Source of the DNA: a virus
Direction: 5' to 3' (one strand)
DNA length: 64,000 bases
IMG/VR virus record: IMGVR_UViG_3300037511_000246
Span: 2,550 to 66,549 of that record
In this document: positions 44,658 to 54,290 of the stretch, one piece after another
Position numbering within the stretch: position 1 is the first letter of the stretch
How the letters are laid out: each line of letters starts with the position of its first letter
Notes under the pieces: generated by a model
Seen by the model: only the letters and a program-made list of their open reading frames with translations
What the model was told of the DNA's origin: nothing
Database searches by the model: none
Made by a program: the position numbers and the translations under genes

Positions 44658-44866
44658 TAACCTCTCCTAGACTGCTCGTCTTTAATGCACTGACACAAGA
44701 ACTCAAGGCACTGTGTCTGTGCAGCCAGAAGCCTGTTCTGTTGCTTGACCAGATTACGAATCTCGAGATGCACAGTACGCATCTCAAAGCCTAGGCTGCA
44801 TACAGCGCACCGCGAACGACGGCTGTTAGGTGGCAGATCAGCGTTGCAGTCTGTACAGTTGCTCAT
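44657..44866 (-). CDS. small zinc-ribbon protein
   Basis: 'CTDCNADL...CAVC'. 69 aa. Confidence 0.35.
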   Translation of the reverse strand: MSNCTDCNADLPPNSRRSRCAVCSLGFEMRTVHLEIRNLVKQQNRLLAAQTQCLEFLCQCIKDEQSRRG

Positions 44867-45231
44867 GGGTTCACCATATAGTCTCGACGGTAGTGAGACG
44901 TCTCACGTGGTAGCTCCTTGCCTTCTTCAAAGCGGTTTCCAAACTGTCGCCAGAACTCGACGGATCTGTCGTCGGAGAACACTGCGATCTCTTCGTATCT
45001 CGATCCATTGAGAGCGTCGTAGTCGAAGAAGCGCTTCAGTTCGATGGCGATGTTCGAGTAGGCTGACGGACCTTCGTACAGAGCATCGAACTTGGCATAC
45101 GGCTCTTCCAACATCGGAATCGACAATCGCTGCGGCTCAGGTCTGTACTTGTCCGGCAGGTCAAGCACGCCCAGCACTATCTTCGGTGTGCAGCAGCACC
45201 GCACATTGAACTTCATCGCAGTGGCTTCCAT
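44863..45231 (-). CDS. hypothetical protein
   Basis: ORF in an operon-coupled context. Confidence 0.35.
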   Translation of the reverse strand: MEATAMKFNVRCCCTPKIVLGVLDLPDKYRPEPQRLSIPMLEEPYAKFDALYEGPSAYSNIAIELKRFFDYDALNGSRYEEIAVFSDDRSVEFWRQFGNRFEEGKELPRETSHYRRDYMVNP

Positions 45232-45434
45232 TTGCGCTGATCAAGCGGCAGCTTCTCCATCTCCTTGAATAGCCCTTCTATGGTTTCAGACTCAGCGTAG
45301 ATGATGGTGGCAACAGGTGCGTCCATCCATGCGTAAAGAACAAACTTACCACTGTCAACACTAATGCTCGGTCCACCGTCTGATGAACCAAGCATCACCT
45401 TGACCATAGCCTCTTCTTCAGACTTGATCTTCAC
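45213..45434 (-). CDS. hypothetical small protein
   Basis: 73-aa ORF; its start overlaps the upstream gene's stop. Confidence 0.3.
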   Translation of the reverse strand: MKIKSEEEAMVKVMLGSSDGGPSISVDSGKFVLYAWMDAPVATIIYAESETIEGLFKEMEKLPLDQRKWKPLR

Positions 45435-45739
45435 CGCTTTCTCCTTCTCTCCTCGTCACGTTGAGACAGCAGCATCAGCAGCTCGTTCAGATCGTCACGA
45501 ATTGAGATGAATGCAAGGTGCTCCTTAGTAGGAGATGCTAGTATCAGCACATCGTTCGTCCATGAATGAGAGCCACCGTGTTGCTCTTCAGATTCGTACA
45601 GCTTTCCGTCCTTCAGAAAGACGTCTTTTGGGATGCCGAGACGATCGGCGATGTCAGCCATCAGTGCGTCATACGCTTCTCGAGGCGCAATCTCCACGTC
45701 AACAAACCGTGACGTCCGTTCGGTCGCCCTGACTTTCAT
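45431..45739 (-). CDS. hypothetical protein
   Basis: 102-aa ORF; its start overlaps the stop of the upstream gene 45736..46041. Confidence 0.35.
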   Translation of the reverse strand: MKVRATERTSRFVDVEIAPREAYDALMADIADRLGIPKDVFLKDGKLYESEEQHGGSHSWTNDVLILASPTKEHLAFISIRDDLNELLMLLSQRDEERRRKR

Positions 45740-46041
45740 GACAGGTAACTGCTGAGCTCATCAGCAGCCTCCTTGCGCATCGTCTTGATCTTCGTCAGAT
45801 CTGCATCGGTGCTCTTCTTGAACGCCTGGATCTTGCGGTTCACGATGCGGCGATGCAGAAGCTCGATCAGATTGTTGCGTCTGTCGCTCTTCGGCCTTGA
45901 CACTTCCAACACCAGTGCCGCACGAAGCTCATCTTCGTTCATGTGCGGCATTGCCTGCATCAGCGTACGGAAATCCGTCATCACAACTTCCGGCGCGTAG
46001 CTGGCGCGAACCGTCTTCGGTCGCTTCAACTTCTTAGCCAT
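45736..46041 (-). CDS. hypothetical basic protein
   Basis: Start at 'MAKKLKRPK' with RBS 'ggagga'. Confidence 0.4.
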   Translation of the reverse strand: MAKKLKRPKTVRASYAPEVVMTDFRTLMQAMPHMNEDELRAALVLEVSRPKSDRRNNLIELLHRRIVNRKIQAFKKSTDADLTKIKTMRKEAADELSSYLS

Positions 46042-46104
46042 GTTTCCTCCAGTCAAAGGGCGCGGCCTTCAAGCCGCGCCCTTAAGTCAACAGTCGACGA
46101 TCGA

Positions 46105-47358
46105 CTACTTCTTGCCGAAGCGTGAGCCCTTCTTGGACTTCACTTTGCCCTTGCCAGACTTCTTGGAAGGCTTCTCGTCTTCCTCGTCATCTTCATCGTC
46201 TTCGTCATCGTCTTCATCATCGTCGTCATCGTCGTCATCGTCGTCAGCAGCTTTTCGAGAACGCTTGCCTTTGCCGCCAGTGTCTTTCTTACCGCCGCGT
46301 CGCTTGGAAGACTTGCGATCATCTTCGTCATCGTCTTCCTCGTCTTCGTCATCATCCTCGTCGTCTTCGTCATCATCCTCGTCGTCTTCTTCATCGTCCT
46401 CATCGTCTTCTTCGTCGCGCTTGGACTTGCGCTTTTTGCCCTTGCCGCGCTTGGGCTTTTCGTCCTCGTCTTCTTCGTCTTCATCCTCGTCATCCTCCTC
46501 GTCGTCGTCATCATCCTCGTCGTCCTCATCGTCGTCATCACGACGCTTGGACTTCTTGCTGGCCTTGGACTTCTTGTCCTTCTTGCCTTTCTTGCGCGGC
46601 TTGTCGTCATCCTCGTCATCGTCCTCGTCGTCCTCGTCGTCCTCACTGTCATCAGTGCCGTCGAACGGGGTCAGCAGCTGATCGCGAATCTCCTGCTGCT
46701 TGGACTCGATGGCGCGCAGAACTTCCTTGTCCTTGATCTTCTTGTCGATGTCGAAGAGCACGACCGGGTAGTCCTCGTCTTCATCGAACGACAGTTCGAC
46801 AATGACTTCGAAGAACTCCTTGTTGAGGTTCGTGTCGCAGTCCTTGACGAAGGCTGACCAGTGCCGCAGGCTCTTCGGCGGCAGTTCGATGAACGCAATG
46901 TCTGCGTTCTCAACGTCGTCGAGATCATCCGCACTGATGACCGCAAGCCTCCGGCGGTTCTGACACTTGCCAGCAGTGCGTCCGCCCTGATAGGCCATCG
47001 GGCAGTCATCGCACGACTTGGCCTGCGGTGACTTGACGTTGTCGTGCGGTACGAGTTCGTCCTTCTCCATGTCGATGGCGAAGCACTTCGGGATGTTGCC
47101 ACCATCCTTGCTGTAGCCCTTGGCGTAGTAGGTGTTGAGATAGCAGAAATCCACCACCACGACCTTCAGCGTGCGTCCGAGGTTCTCCTGATCCAATGTG
47201 AACCGTCGGCTCTGCAAGCTGATCCTGTTCTCCAGACCGCCACCGCCGGCGGGACCCTTCTCGCGCGCATTGGCACTGCGTTTGGCCTTCTTGCCCATGT
47301 CCTTCTCCCAGTCCTTGTCTTTCGACTTGGACTTCTTCGATGTCTTCTTCATCATCAT
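46105..47358 (-). CDS. large protein with Cys-containing N-terminal domain and ~200-aa alternating poly-acidic/poly-basic tail (ssDNA-binding-like?)
   Basis: 417 aa. N-terminal ~200 aa contain 'CDDCPMAYQGGRTAGKC'. The tail has 'DDSEDDEDDEDDDEDDD' blocks interleaved with 'KPRKKGKKDKKSKASKKSKRR'. Confidence 0.55.
   Translation of the reverse strand: MMMKKTSKKSKSKDKDWEKDMGKKAKRSANAREKGPAGGGGLENRISLQSRRFTLDQENLGRTLKVVVVDFCYLNTYYAKGYSKDGGNIPKCFAIDMEKDELVPHDNVKSPQAKSCDDCPMAYQGGRTAGKCQNRRRLAVISADDLDDVENADIAFIELPPKSLRHWSAFVKDCDTNLNKEFFEVIVELSFDEDEDYPVVLFDIDKKIKDKEVLRAIESKQQEIRDQLLTPFDGTDDSEDDEDDEDDDEDDDKPRKKGKKDKKSKASKKSKRRDDDDEDDEDDDDDEEDDEDEDEEDEDEKPKRGKGKKRKSKRDEEDDEDDEEDDEDDDEDDEDDDEDEEDDDEDDRKSSKRRGGKKDTGGKGKRSRKAADDDDDDDDDDEDDDEDDEDDEEDEKPSKKSGKGKVKSKKGSRFGKK
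46180..46640. repeat. GAN/GAY trinucleotide-like coding repeat (acidic tract)
   Basis: Long runs of tcgtcatc/ctcgtcgtc within 46105..47358. Confidence 0.6.
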
Positions 47359-47777
47359 CCTCTCTTGCGGATTGAAACGCTCACCTTCTCGAACTTGCCG
47401 ATGCCCGGTACGGCCTCACCTTCCTCCAGTCGGGCAATGAGAGCACGTGAAGCGACGCGATTCTGGTAGAGGTCGAACGCATCATTCTTCTTCACATACT
47501 TCTGGAACTTGACGGGGTTCTTGATGTTGTAGATCGTGCGACGCTGGATGCCCGCCTGACTCTTCACACCTGCGGCCTTCTCGAGGTCGCTGTCTTCCAT
47601 CTTCACCCGCAGCTTGTACTCCAGCACGGCACGCTTCTTCTTAAGCTTGCCGAGTGCAGATTCTGCGGAATGAATCTTCTGATCGAAGGCATAGAGCCCG
47701 TCGATCAAAGAGCCAAGCTTCTTGCTCGGCTTCAGCGGCTTCTCCTTCTTGCCGCGCTTCTTAGTGGCAGTGCGCAT
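47355..47777 (-). CDS. hypothetical basic coiled-coil protein
   Basis: RBS 'gaggag'. 140 aa. Confidence 0.4.
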   Translation of the reverse strand: MRTATKKRGKKEKPLKPSKKLGSLIDGLYAFDQKIHSAESALGKLKKKRAVLEYKLRVKMEDSDLEKAAGVKSQAGIQRRTIYNIKNPVKFQKYVKKNDAFDLYQNRVASRALIARLEEGEAVPGIGKFEKVSVSIRKRG

Positions 47778-48321
47778 GACTTGGTTTCTCCTCTGCCTGT
47801 TTGCCAGTGAGACGGACTTCATTGGCTTCGGCTATGTGCTTGCGCACTTCACTTTCCAGCTTTCCATGGAAGTCGAGCATGGACAGCTTCGTATCCTGCA
47901 ACAGCTCCACCGTGTGCAGCAGTAGGGCACTTGACACTTCGTACAACGCTTCCATGTTCTGGTGTGATGGCAGCGGCTCCGATTCGGCTACAGCCTTGCC
48001 GATCTCATATGCCGAGTGGATGCACTTGCCTGTCGCGCTCAAGTGCAAGTTGATGATCCAGGCCAGGACATTGAAGACTGCCGTGTAATCGTCACGGCCA
48101 GTTGGAACCATTCTGTGCGCCGCATGGCCGCATGGATTGGTCTTCAAGCATTCGAAGACCTCGTCCATCACATTGGACGATGTTTCGATTACCGACTTGA
48201 CGTACTTGTCGATGTGCTCTTGCATTGCCTTCTGACGCAGAGACTCCTTCTCATCGATGGCACCGCCTCCGAGTATTTGGACAAGCTGTGCCAATGCGGC
48301 TAGACCGTCGCGCCCTTTCAT
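47761..48321 (-). CDS. hypothetical protein
   Basis: 186-aa ORF. Confidence 0.35.
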   Translation of the reverse strand: MKGRDGLAALAQLVQILGGGAIDEKESLRQKAMQEHIDKYVKSVIETSSNVMDEVFECLKTNPCGHAAHRMVPTGRDDYTAVFNVLAWIINLHLSATGKCIHSAYEIGKAVAESEPLPSHQNMEALYEVSSALLLHTVELLQDTKLSMLDFHGKLESEVRKHIAEANEVRLTGKQAEEKPSHAHCH

Positions 48322-49214
48322 ACTTGCTCCTTGTCTGGTCGTAGTTTGATGAACCGTGGATGCCGCAGTGACCCGTGGACTGTCGGCTTCTGAAACTCGA
48401 TCTCAGCAATGGGTCTGGCCTTGCTGAACGTGTGCCGCATGTTGAACAGGGTATCGCGCACATCGTCCGACATGCCTGACACGCTCACACGCTTGAGAAC
48501 CTTCTTACCCTTGATTGTCACCTTGCGCTCGACATAGACAGCACCGAGCGTACCTTCGTACTTGCCCTTGCCCGGTTTCCATCCAACGATGGGCAGGTCT
48601 TCGGTGTCCGACTCTTTGAGCTTCAGCCATGCTTTATGGCGTTTGGCAATCCAAGGGACTGCCATGTTCTTCAGCATCGCGCCCTCGTACTCGCCCTTCA
48701 AGAATTCGCGATAGGCAATCTTGACGTCTCGATCGGAGGCGACGCTCACAGATGGCACGATGCTGATGCCACGTAAATTCAACCGAGCAACAGCACGGCT
48801 GAGATTGTCGTGGCGTATGCGTTGCGCCACTGCATCCTCACCTGCGATGAAGTGCTTGATGGGCATGGCGAAGAACACATGGTAGACGGCGGCTTCTTCG
48901 GTGTGGTTCTTTCGATGGATCGCACCACCTATGTCATTGAACGTAGTGCTGCACATCTCACCGTCGATCATGACGCCGCCACGGTACTCATCGCTCTGGT
49001 TGAGCAACCGCACGCGCAGTTTGGATATCTGATCCACCAGATGACTGAACATGTCCAGCTCCCTGCCGTTGCGAGAGTAGAACTTGTAGTCACCGTCTCG
49101 AGCCAGACAGATCACGCGCACGCCATCCATCTTTGGCTCGACCTGATAGTGGCTCCAGTCTTCGATCTTACCCGGTCGATAGACATGGGCCTTCATCACT
49201 TCAAAAGCTCTCAT
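48318..49214 (-). CDS. ATP-dependent DNA ligase
   Basis: 'VEPKMDGVRV' (KxDG adenylation motif). 298 aa, with a downstream OB region. Confidence 0.8.
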   Translation of the reverse strand: MRAFEVMKAHVYRPGKIEDWSHYQVEPKMDGVRVICLARDGDYKFYSRNGRELDMFSHLVDQISKLRVRLLNQSDEYRGGVMIDGEMCSTTFNDIGGAIHRKNHTEEAAVYHVFFAMPIKHFIAGEDAVAQRIRHDNLSRAVARLNLRGISIVPSVSVASDRDVKIAYREFLKGEYEGAMLKNMAVPWIAKRHKAWLKLKESDTEDLPIVGWKPGKGKYEGTLGAVYVERKVTIKGKKVLKRVSVSGMSDDVRDTLFNMRHTFSKARPIAEIEFQKPTVHGSLRHPRFIKLRPDKEQV

Positions 49215-49537
49215 CGCTTTCTCCTCCCTGTCATGGCACTGCCGACGACAGCAAATTGTCCTTCGATTGGTGGCAGGCTTGCGTTACGGAGTTTCCGACC
49301 TTGGGCCACTATGGCGCGCATCTCCTTCGCCAGCACATCATCAGTGATTCGAGGCTGGTCGATCTTGATGTCCACTTCTAGGTCTTTGATCGACAGATCA
49401 TAGCTCCAGCCCTTTGGAAGCTTTTCAAAGTCTCGCTTGGTACGACCGCGACCAAAGAACATGCCCATGATCTCTTCATCCATGTGCATTCGCCAGCGCT
49501 TCAGAAACTCCTCGTGCAGAAAGTACTCTCGACTCAC
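49211..49537 (-). CDS. hypothetical protein
   Basis: 108-aa ORF. Confidence 0.35.
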   Translation of the reverse strand: MSREYFLHEEFLKRWRMHMDEEIMGMFFGRGRTKRDFEKLPKGWSYDLSIKDLEVDIKIDQPRITDDVLAKEMRAIVAQGRKLRNASLPPIEGQFAVVGSAMTGRRKR

Positions 49538-50082
49538 GACGCTACCTGCCCTTGACGCTCCATGTCCAACACCGATGGATCATACCAGAATGGCGGCTTG
49601 GACGGGTAGGTCCACTGCATCATGTTGCGCTTTGCCATGCGCATGTAGCGACGATAGGCCGTAACCGCATCTTCGCCACGGTCTCGCACTGGTACGCACT
49701 GAACGAATGGTGTCAGCTCGCCCATCGGTATCAGCTTCGGCTGCTTCTTCAGCAGATCGACAAAGCATTCCATTGGATGGATGCGCTTCATGCGTATCTC
49801 GTATTCCAGACACAGCGAACTGAACAGCTTGGCTGTCCACTGATAGTTCTGACTGCTGGCGCGGACCCACTTGGCACAGTCGTGGTTGATGTCGGATGCG
49901 CGTGCCATCGGCGGCATGAAGATGCGCGCCGCTACAGTTACGTTCGCTACAGCGTTGCCATCACACATCACGTGCGCTGCAAACAGCATGCAACATGCAT
50001 CACGTATGGCAGCAGGCACATGTCTGTCACTGTGATAGCGCGCAGCCCAAGCCGGGTCTCGATCGAGAATGTAGATGTTCAT
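49534..50082 (-). CDS. hypothetical protein
   Basis: 182 aa. 'MNIYILDRDPAWAARYHSDRHV'. No confident family. Confidence 0.35.
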   Translation of the reverse strand: MNIYILDRDPAWAARYHSDRHVPAAIRDACCMLFAAHVMCDGNAVANVTVAARIFMPPMARASDINHDCAKWVRASSQNYQWTAKLFSSLCLEYEIRMKRIHPMECFVDLLKKQPKLIPMGELTPFVQCVPVRDRGEDAVTAYRRYMRMAKRNMMQWTYPSKPPFWYDPSVLDMERQGQVAS

Positions 50083-50522
50083 GCTGACACACCTTCTGTT
50101 GGGTAATCGTTAAGAACGTCTTCACCGCGTGGCAGCCTGCCAGTGACCGTGCCAGTCTTAGGGCTATTGGACCTGTTCCGCTTCTTACTGTCGAAGCGTC
50201 CAGTCTTAGCAGCCGTCGACTCTTCGGGCGGACGGTTCCAGTACAGATGCTCCGGCACGAAGCTCGGCTTGAGCACGGCACATCCAGCATAGACGGGGAT
50301 CAGCTTGTGACCGATGACCTCGAAGACATAGACACGCTCGAGATCATTGCAGTCTGACTGCATACGGTCAGCAAGTGTAACCTGTCGCAGCAGATCGGTG
50401 CCATCGCCCCAGACAGTCGACTTGGGTACGCGCACATAGTCGAGGCGACGACCGACGCGTTTGCCTGTCTCGTCGTACTGCATCTCGAACGTGGCCTTGA
50501 CGGTAAAGATAACGTACTTCAT
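50079..50522 (-). CDS. hypothetical protein
   Basis: Start at 'MKYVIFTVKATFE' with RBS 'aggagaagg'. Confidence 0.4.
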   Translation of the reverse strand: MKYVIFTVKATFEMQYDETGKRVGRRLDYVRVPKSTVWGDGTDLLRQVTLADRMQSDCNDLERVYVFEVIGHKLIPVYAGCAVLKPSFVPEHLYWNRPPEESTAAKTGRFDSKKRNRSNSPKTGTVTGRLPRGEDVLNDYPTEGVSA

Positions 50523-50733
50523 TTCCTTCTCCTGCTGGCGCGGCTGTGATGCTCGAAGATGTCCGAGCCAGCTTGTGATGCGTCTTCCGCCTGATGTTCC
50601 GCCGACGTCGACAGCACTATGTTCTGTGACGTCAGTCTGGTCCGAGAGTCGAAGACAGTTTCGACCTCCACCTTGCACCCGAGATGGGTATGCATCTCAC
50701 GATGTTTGGTGACGATCAGTGTCTCACTCGTAT

Positions 50734-51636
50734 TCATGCTGCCTCCTTCTCAAGTGATTGGAACGCACGGGTATACTCTGCGATCGCCTGCCGCTTGCTG
50801 TAGCACTCGCCGATGCGCAGCACTGTCTCTCCGCCCTTCTGGCGGTCCAGCAGTGTCTTGGGCAGCCCATAGTTCAAGGTATACCCATACCCTGACGATG
50901 GTGTCCATGGGCCAGCATGGAACCCTATGAAGCCCATGCTGCGGAAGTAGCCGACACTAAGCATGGCTGCCATGCGGTCTGGCACCAGAGGCTCATTGGT
51001 CTTCTTGACGCACCATCCCTGCCACAACTTGCGCGGACCATGGCGAAACACGTTAGCGCCCGATGTGGTGATCCATACCTCCATGGTGCGGCCTGCCCGC
51101 GCCATGCCATCGACCAGCAGCATGCACAAGGCCGTTCGCCACATCGCCTCTGCATGGCTTACTGTGCAGTTTGACGCTATGTCGAAGGCAAGTGTTACGC
51201 GCTTCTGATTGACCTGCTGCCGTTCCACATGCACTGGCCGTTCCCATGCAGTGTCGAGATCGCCGTTCCATACACGGCCCATGTCCAGCGTGTCGCCGTG
51301 GTCGTCGCGATGCCGCTTACGCTTGCGCAGCGTTGTCTTAGTGGGGAACACCGGCACCTCCAGCCCAAGCTGTGCCGCCATCGCTTCAGCCAGCTCACGC
51401 AACTCAGGCCAGCCATTCTGAATGCGGCTCATGATGCCTTCATACCATCCAGAGCATCCATACCAGTAGTCACTGGAGCCGTAGCCTTGGCGTTGCTTGT
51501 AATGGTTGCCAGCCAGCACAATCATGCTGTCCAGCTTGTGGCGTGTCTGGATGTCGGCAATGTCCGAGACAGCCTCTTCATGAGAGCTCCACTCAAAGCT
51601 GACACCACCATCGTGCGTAGTGATAGTTCCGTTCAT
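50734..51636 (-). CDS. hypothetical protein, partner of the AAA+ ATPase (CobT-like position, no clear vWA MIDAS)
   Basis: RBS 'caggagc'. ATGA-coupled downstream of the AAA+ gene. Confidence 0.4.
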   Translation of the reverse strand: MNGTITTHDGGVSFEWSSHEEAVSDIADIQTRHKLDSMIVLAGNHYKQRQGYGSSDYWYGCSGWYEGIMSRIQNGWPELRELAEAMAAQLGLEVPVFPTKTTLRKRKRHRDDHGDTLDMGRVWNGDLDTAWERPVHVERQQVNQKRVTLAFDIASNCTVSHAEAMWRTALCMLLVDGMARAGRTMEVWITTSGANVFRHGPRKLWQGWCVKKTNEPLVPDRMAAMLSVGYFRSMGFIGFHAGPWTPSSGYGYTLNYGLPKTLLDRQKGGETVLRIGECYSKRQAIAEYTRAFQSLEKEAA

Positions 51637-52823
51637 GACAGTGCTCCTGCGACCAGCGCCAGTTCGGCGTCGGTCCAACCATTGAAGTAGGCATTGGTCC
51701 AGTCATCTTTCTTCCACTCGTACATCTCAGTCATACGAGCAAGATCCTTGATGACGCGTGTCGACATGACGCGACGCAGTTTGTTGCGTCGTATCTCGGC
51801 ACGTACCTTCCATGCCCAATTGCACAGCTCTTCACCGCCGAGGGACAGCTCTACTTCCTTGCTGTAGTCCATCGTTATCATGCCGACCTTGAACCGGTCT
51901 AGCGTAGCGGCGTCGAGCTGATTGCGTCCCACGTACATGGCGTCAGCGCCACTGCCATATGTGTTAGCAGCAGCAACGAGAACGAAGTCCTCATGCTTCT
52001 TGACGACAGGCTTCAACCAGCGCTGTTCAACAGTGTAGCTGTTGTTCGCAATGGCCTTGTTGATGTACGTGAAGAGGTTGGGATCACCGGCATCGATCTC
52101 ATCCAGCAGCATGATGCCGCCCTTCTCGTAGCGCGTCATGAATGGTGACGGCACATGGTCGAACGCACCATTGCGGCCAATGGGCAGCAACCGACCATTG
52201 AACACGCTCTCAGACATGCCTTCACTGCAAGACTGATCGCTGACATCGAGGTCCAGCGCTTCGCCGAGCTTCTCGCACAGATACGTCTTGCCGCAGCCGG
52301 CAGGGCCGACGAGCATGACAGGCACACGGGCCGATGCAAGCTCTACCATGCGCTTGAACTCCGGCGGCAGTACGCCTTTCACCTTGCGCACCTTGCCACG
52401 GTCCTTGATGACGAACGGCGCGGTCTTCTCTGCGACTTCTTGCAGCACCTTGCGCGCAGACTTGCGCATGTCGTCTTCCATGCCGCGCAGCCTCTTGTCT
52501 ACTGCGCCGTTAGCCTGCATCTCAACGTCGCCGAGAGTTGCCTGCACTACGCTCGTAGCCATCTCGAGGAAGCGCTTCTCACCATCGTTGGCAGGCTTGG
52601 CACTACCCGGTGACTGGCGCAACACAATAACAGCGTAGCCTTCCTGCGCATGGGCAGGGTTACGCTCAACCTCCTCCTTGAGCATTGCGTAGCGCTCGGG
52701 CATCGTCTTGCATGAACGCGCACGGGCCAGACAGCCCATCCAGTCAGCAAGCGTCCAGACCTGAGAGCCGCGCAAGGATGAGAAATCTAAATCCTTGATA
52801 CTAGCGGGATACTTCTTCGCCAT
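51633..52823 (-). CDS. AAA+ ATPase (MoxR/CobS-like, AAA_5)
   Basis: 'VPVMLVGPAGCGKTYLCEKLGEAL' Walker A and 'IMLLDEID' Walker B. Preceded by the conserved 25-nt leader. Confidence 0.7.
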   Translation of the reverse strand: MAKKYPASIKDLDFSSLRGSQVWTLADWMGCLARARSCKTMPERYAMLKEEVERNPAHAQEGYAVIVLRQSPGSAKPANDGEKRFLEMATSVVQATLGDVEMQANGAVDKRLRGMEDDMRKSARKVLQEVAEKTAPFVIKDRGKVRKVKGVLPPEFKRMVELASARVPVMLVGPAGCGKTYLCEKLGEALDLDVSDQSCSEGMSESVFNGRLLPIGRNGAFDHVPSPFMTRYEKGGIMLLDEIDAGDPNLFTYINKAIANNSYTVEQRWLKPVVKKHEDFVLVAAANTYGSGADAMYVGRNQLDAATLDRFKVGMITMDYSKEVELSLGGEELCNWAWKVRAEIRRNKLRRVMSTRVIKDLARMTEMYEWKKDDWTNAYFNGWTDAELALVAGALS

Positions 52824-52848
52824 GATCGTCTCCTTTGAGAGGTGATGG
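52824..52848 (-). promoter_or_regulatory. conserved 25-nt 5' leader / RBS element (copy 1 of 3)
   Basis: On the minus strand: CCATCACCTCTCAAAGGAGACGATC then ATG. Near-identical copies at 54568..54592 and 55376..55400. Confidence 0.5.
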
Positions 52849-52859
52849 CAGTTGTTGAA

Positions 52860-53051
52860 CTAGAACCAGACTTCTTCGAACTCGACCAGCTTGAGCTGTC
52901 CGTTGGTTTCCTGATCAACGCGGCATCTCGAGTAGCCGAGGCCGTTTGTCCACAGCACTTCGAAGATCTCACCGACCTCCATCTTGTGTGCTGTCTTCGG
53001 AGCAGCCTTCTTCGGAAGGGCAGCGAACTTGCCAAAGTCTCGCATCAGCAT
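52860..53051 (-). CDS. hypothetical small protein
   Basis: 63-aa ORF. Confidence 0.3.
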   Translation of the reverse strand: MLMRDFGKFAALPKKAAPKTAHKMEVGEIFEVLWTNGLGYSRCRVDQETNGQLKLVEFEEVWF

Positions 53052-53461
53052 GTTGCTGCTCCTCTTGACTGCGCCGCTTCACAGAACGCACACCACAGAT
53101 CACCATCGAAGAAGTTGTTCAGCACCTCTTCAACGGCCAGTATCTGCTGCTCTGTGAAGCCAAGTGCAGCCAGCACCCATTCAGCGCTCTCGTTCACTGG
53201 CTCGACCACATGTGTCCAGCACAGTTCATCCATCGTAGCGCCAACACCATGGAAGGCTTCGCGATGCTCCGACTTCAACCTGTTCCACACATCAGCAAGT
53301 GTGGCGTCCTTGACACTGGCAAGAACTGGCTCTGCCACTGCAAAGCGCTCGTTCCAGTTCTCTGGCACCTCTGCATCGATGTCCATCTTCGATGGTTGCA
53401 TCTCCATCAGCAGTGCCTGAAACGCTCTGATCACAGTTGGGTAGGACTTAAGCGTTGCCAT
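53045..53461 (-). CDS. hypothetical protein
   Basis: Start at 'MATLKSY' with RBS 'gaggag'. Confidence 0.35.
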   Translation of the reverse strand: MATLKSYPTVIRAFQALLMEMQPSKMDIDAEVPENWNERFAVAEPVLASVKDATLADVWNRLKSEHREAFHGVGATMDELCWTHVVEPVNESAEWVLAALGFTEQQILAVEEVLNNFFDGDLWCAFCEAAQSRGAATC

Positions 53462-53672
53462 CGACATACTCCTCACTGTTCTTCGGATAGACCCAAGCGC
53501 CTTCTTCAGGATCCCACCTACCACCGCGCTCTTTGCGATAGATGTACTCGCCAAGCTCATCAGCCTCAGCATCGAGCTCTGCTGCCTTGTTGACGTCGCC
53601 CTTGGCGCGGGCCTCAGCTTCTTGATCCAAGAGCTGCTGGTGCTGCTCGCGCAGATTGGTGAGAATCGTCAT
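53448..53672 (-). CDS. hypothetical acidic coiled-coil protein
   Basis: ATGA-coupled. 75 aa. Confidence 0.35.
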   Translation of the reverse strand: MTILTNLREQHQQLLDQEAEARAKGDVNKAAELDAEADELGEYIYRKERGGRWDPEEGAWVYPKNSEEYVDGNA

Positions 53673-54049
53673 ATGATTGCTCCAAGGCTTAAATGATGGT
53701 CGATGACCGCGCCACACTTGCACATGGTGAACGTCTCACCTGGATAGCCAGCGACGTCATGTGTGCCGCCACATGCACGATGCATGCGGTAGCGGGCAGC
53801 GTCGCGCTTACGCAGGAAACGCAAGCACTGGTCGGGCGTATAGCCGGTCAGCTTGGCAAACAACGTATCCGGTTCCTCATCTACTAGGATAACGTCATTT
53901 GATCCACGCCACTTGACCTCCAACCATTCGCCTAAGCCATCATGTAGCTTGATCTGCAGCAAGCCATTGGACACGATGATCTCATTGAACGCATACGGGT
54001 CATGGCATGGGCCTTCTACGCCTTCTCGAGCCTGTAGCACAGTGTTCAT
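53669..54049 (-). CDS. hypothetical Cys/His-rich protein
   Basis: 'HRACGGTHD...CKCG'. Confidence 0.35.
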   Translation of the reverse strand: MNTVLQAREGVEGPCHDPYAFNEIIVSNGLLQIKLHDGLGEWLEVKWRGSNDVILVDEEPDTLFAKLTGYTPDQCLRFLRKRDAARYRMHRACGGTHDVAGYPGETFTMCKCGAVIDHHLSLGAII

Positions 54050-54116
54050 GATCGCACCTTGCGCACAAGCAGGATCACGGCCTCGATGAGAACCACTGCA
54101 ATGAGTATCTGCATGC

Positions 54117-54290
54117 TCATGATTCCACCTCCGGTATCTGAGACTTGGCTTCCTTCAACAGAGCGTGATACATGGTATTGAGCTCTGCCATGTTCGCGTC
54201 TGTTATGCCCTCGCGCTTGAGCTTGTGGGTGAACCGCGATGCCAAGCGCTGCATCGGTGTAACCTTTGTTAAGTCGATGACATTATCCAT
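54117..54290 (-). CDS. hypothetical small protein
   Basis: Start at 'MDNVIDL' with RBS 'aggaga'. The track ORF extends to 54449. Confidence 0.3.
   Translation of the reverse strand: MDNVIDLTKVTPMQRLASRFTHKLKREGITDANMAELNTMYHALLKEAKSQIPEVES

Noticed and set aside
46053-46092. Hairpin AAGGGCGCGGC-cttcaa-GCCGCGCCCTT downstream of the 46105 gene stop, considered as a terminator
   Set aside because: On the minus-strand transcript it is followed by only 3 U residues and then a good RBS for the next gene. It is more likely an mRNA-stabilising or attenuating hairpin than a full terminator.
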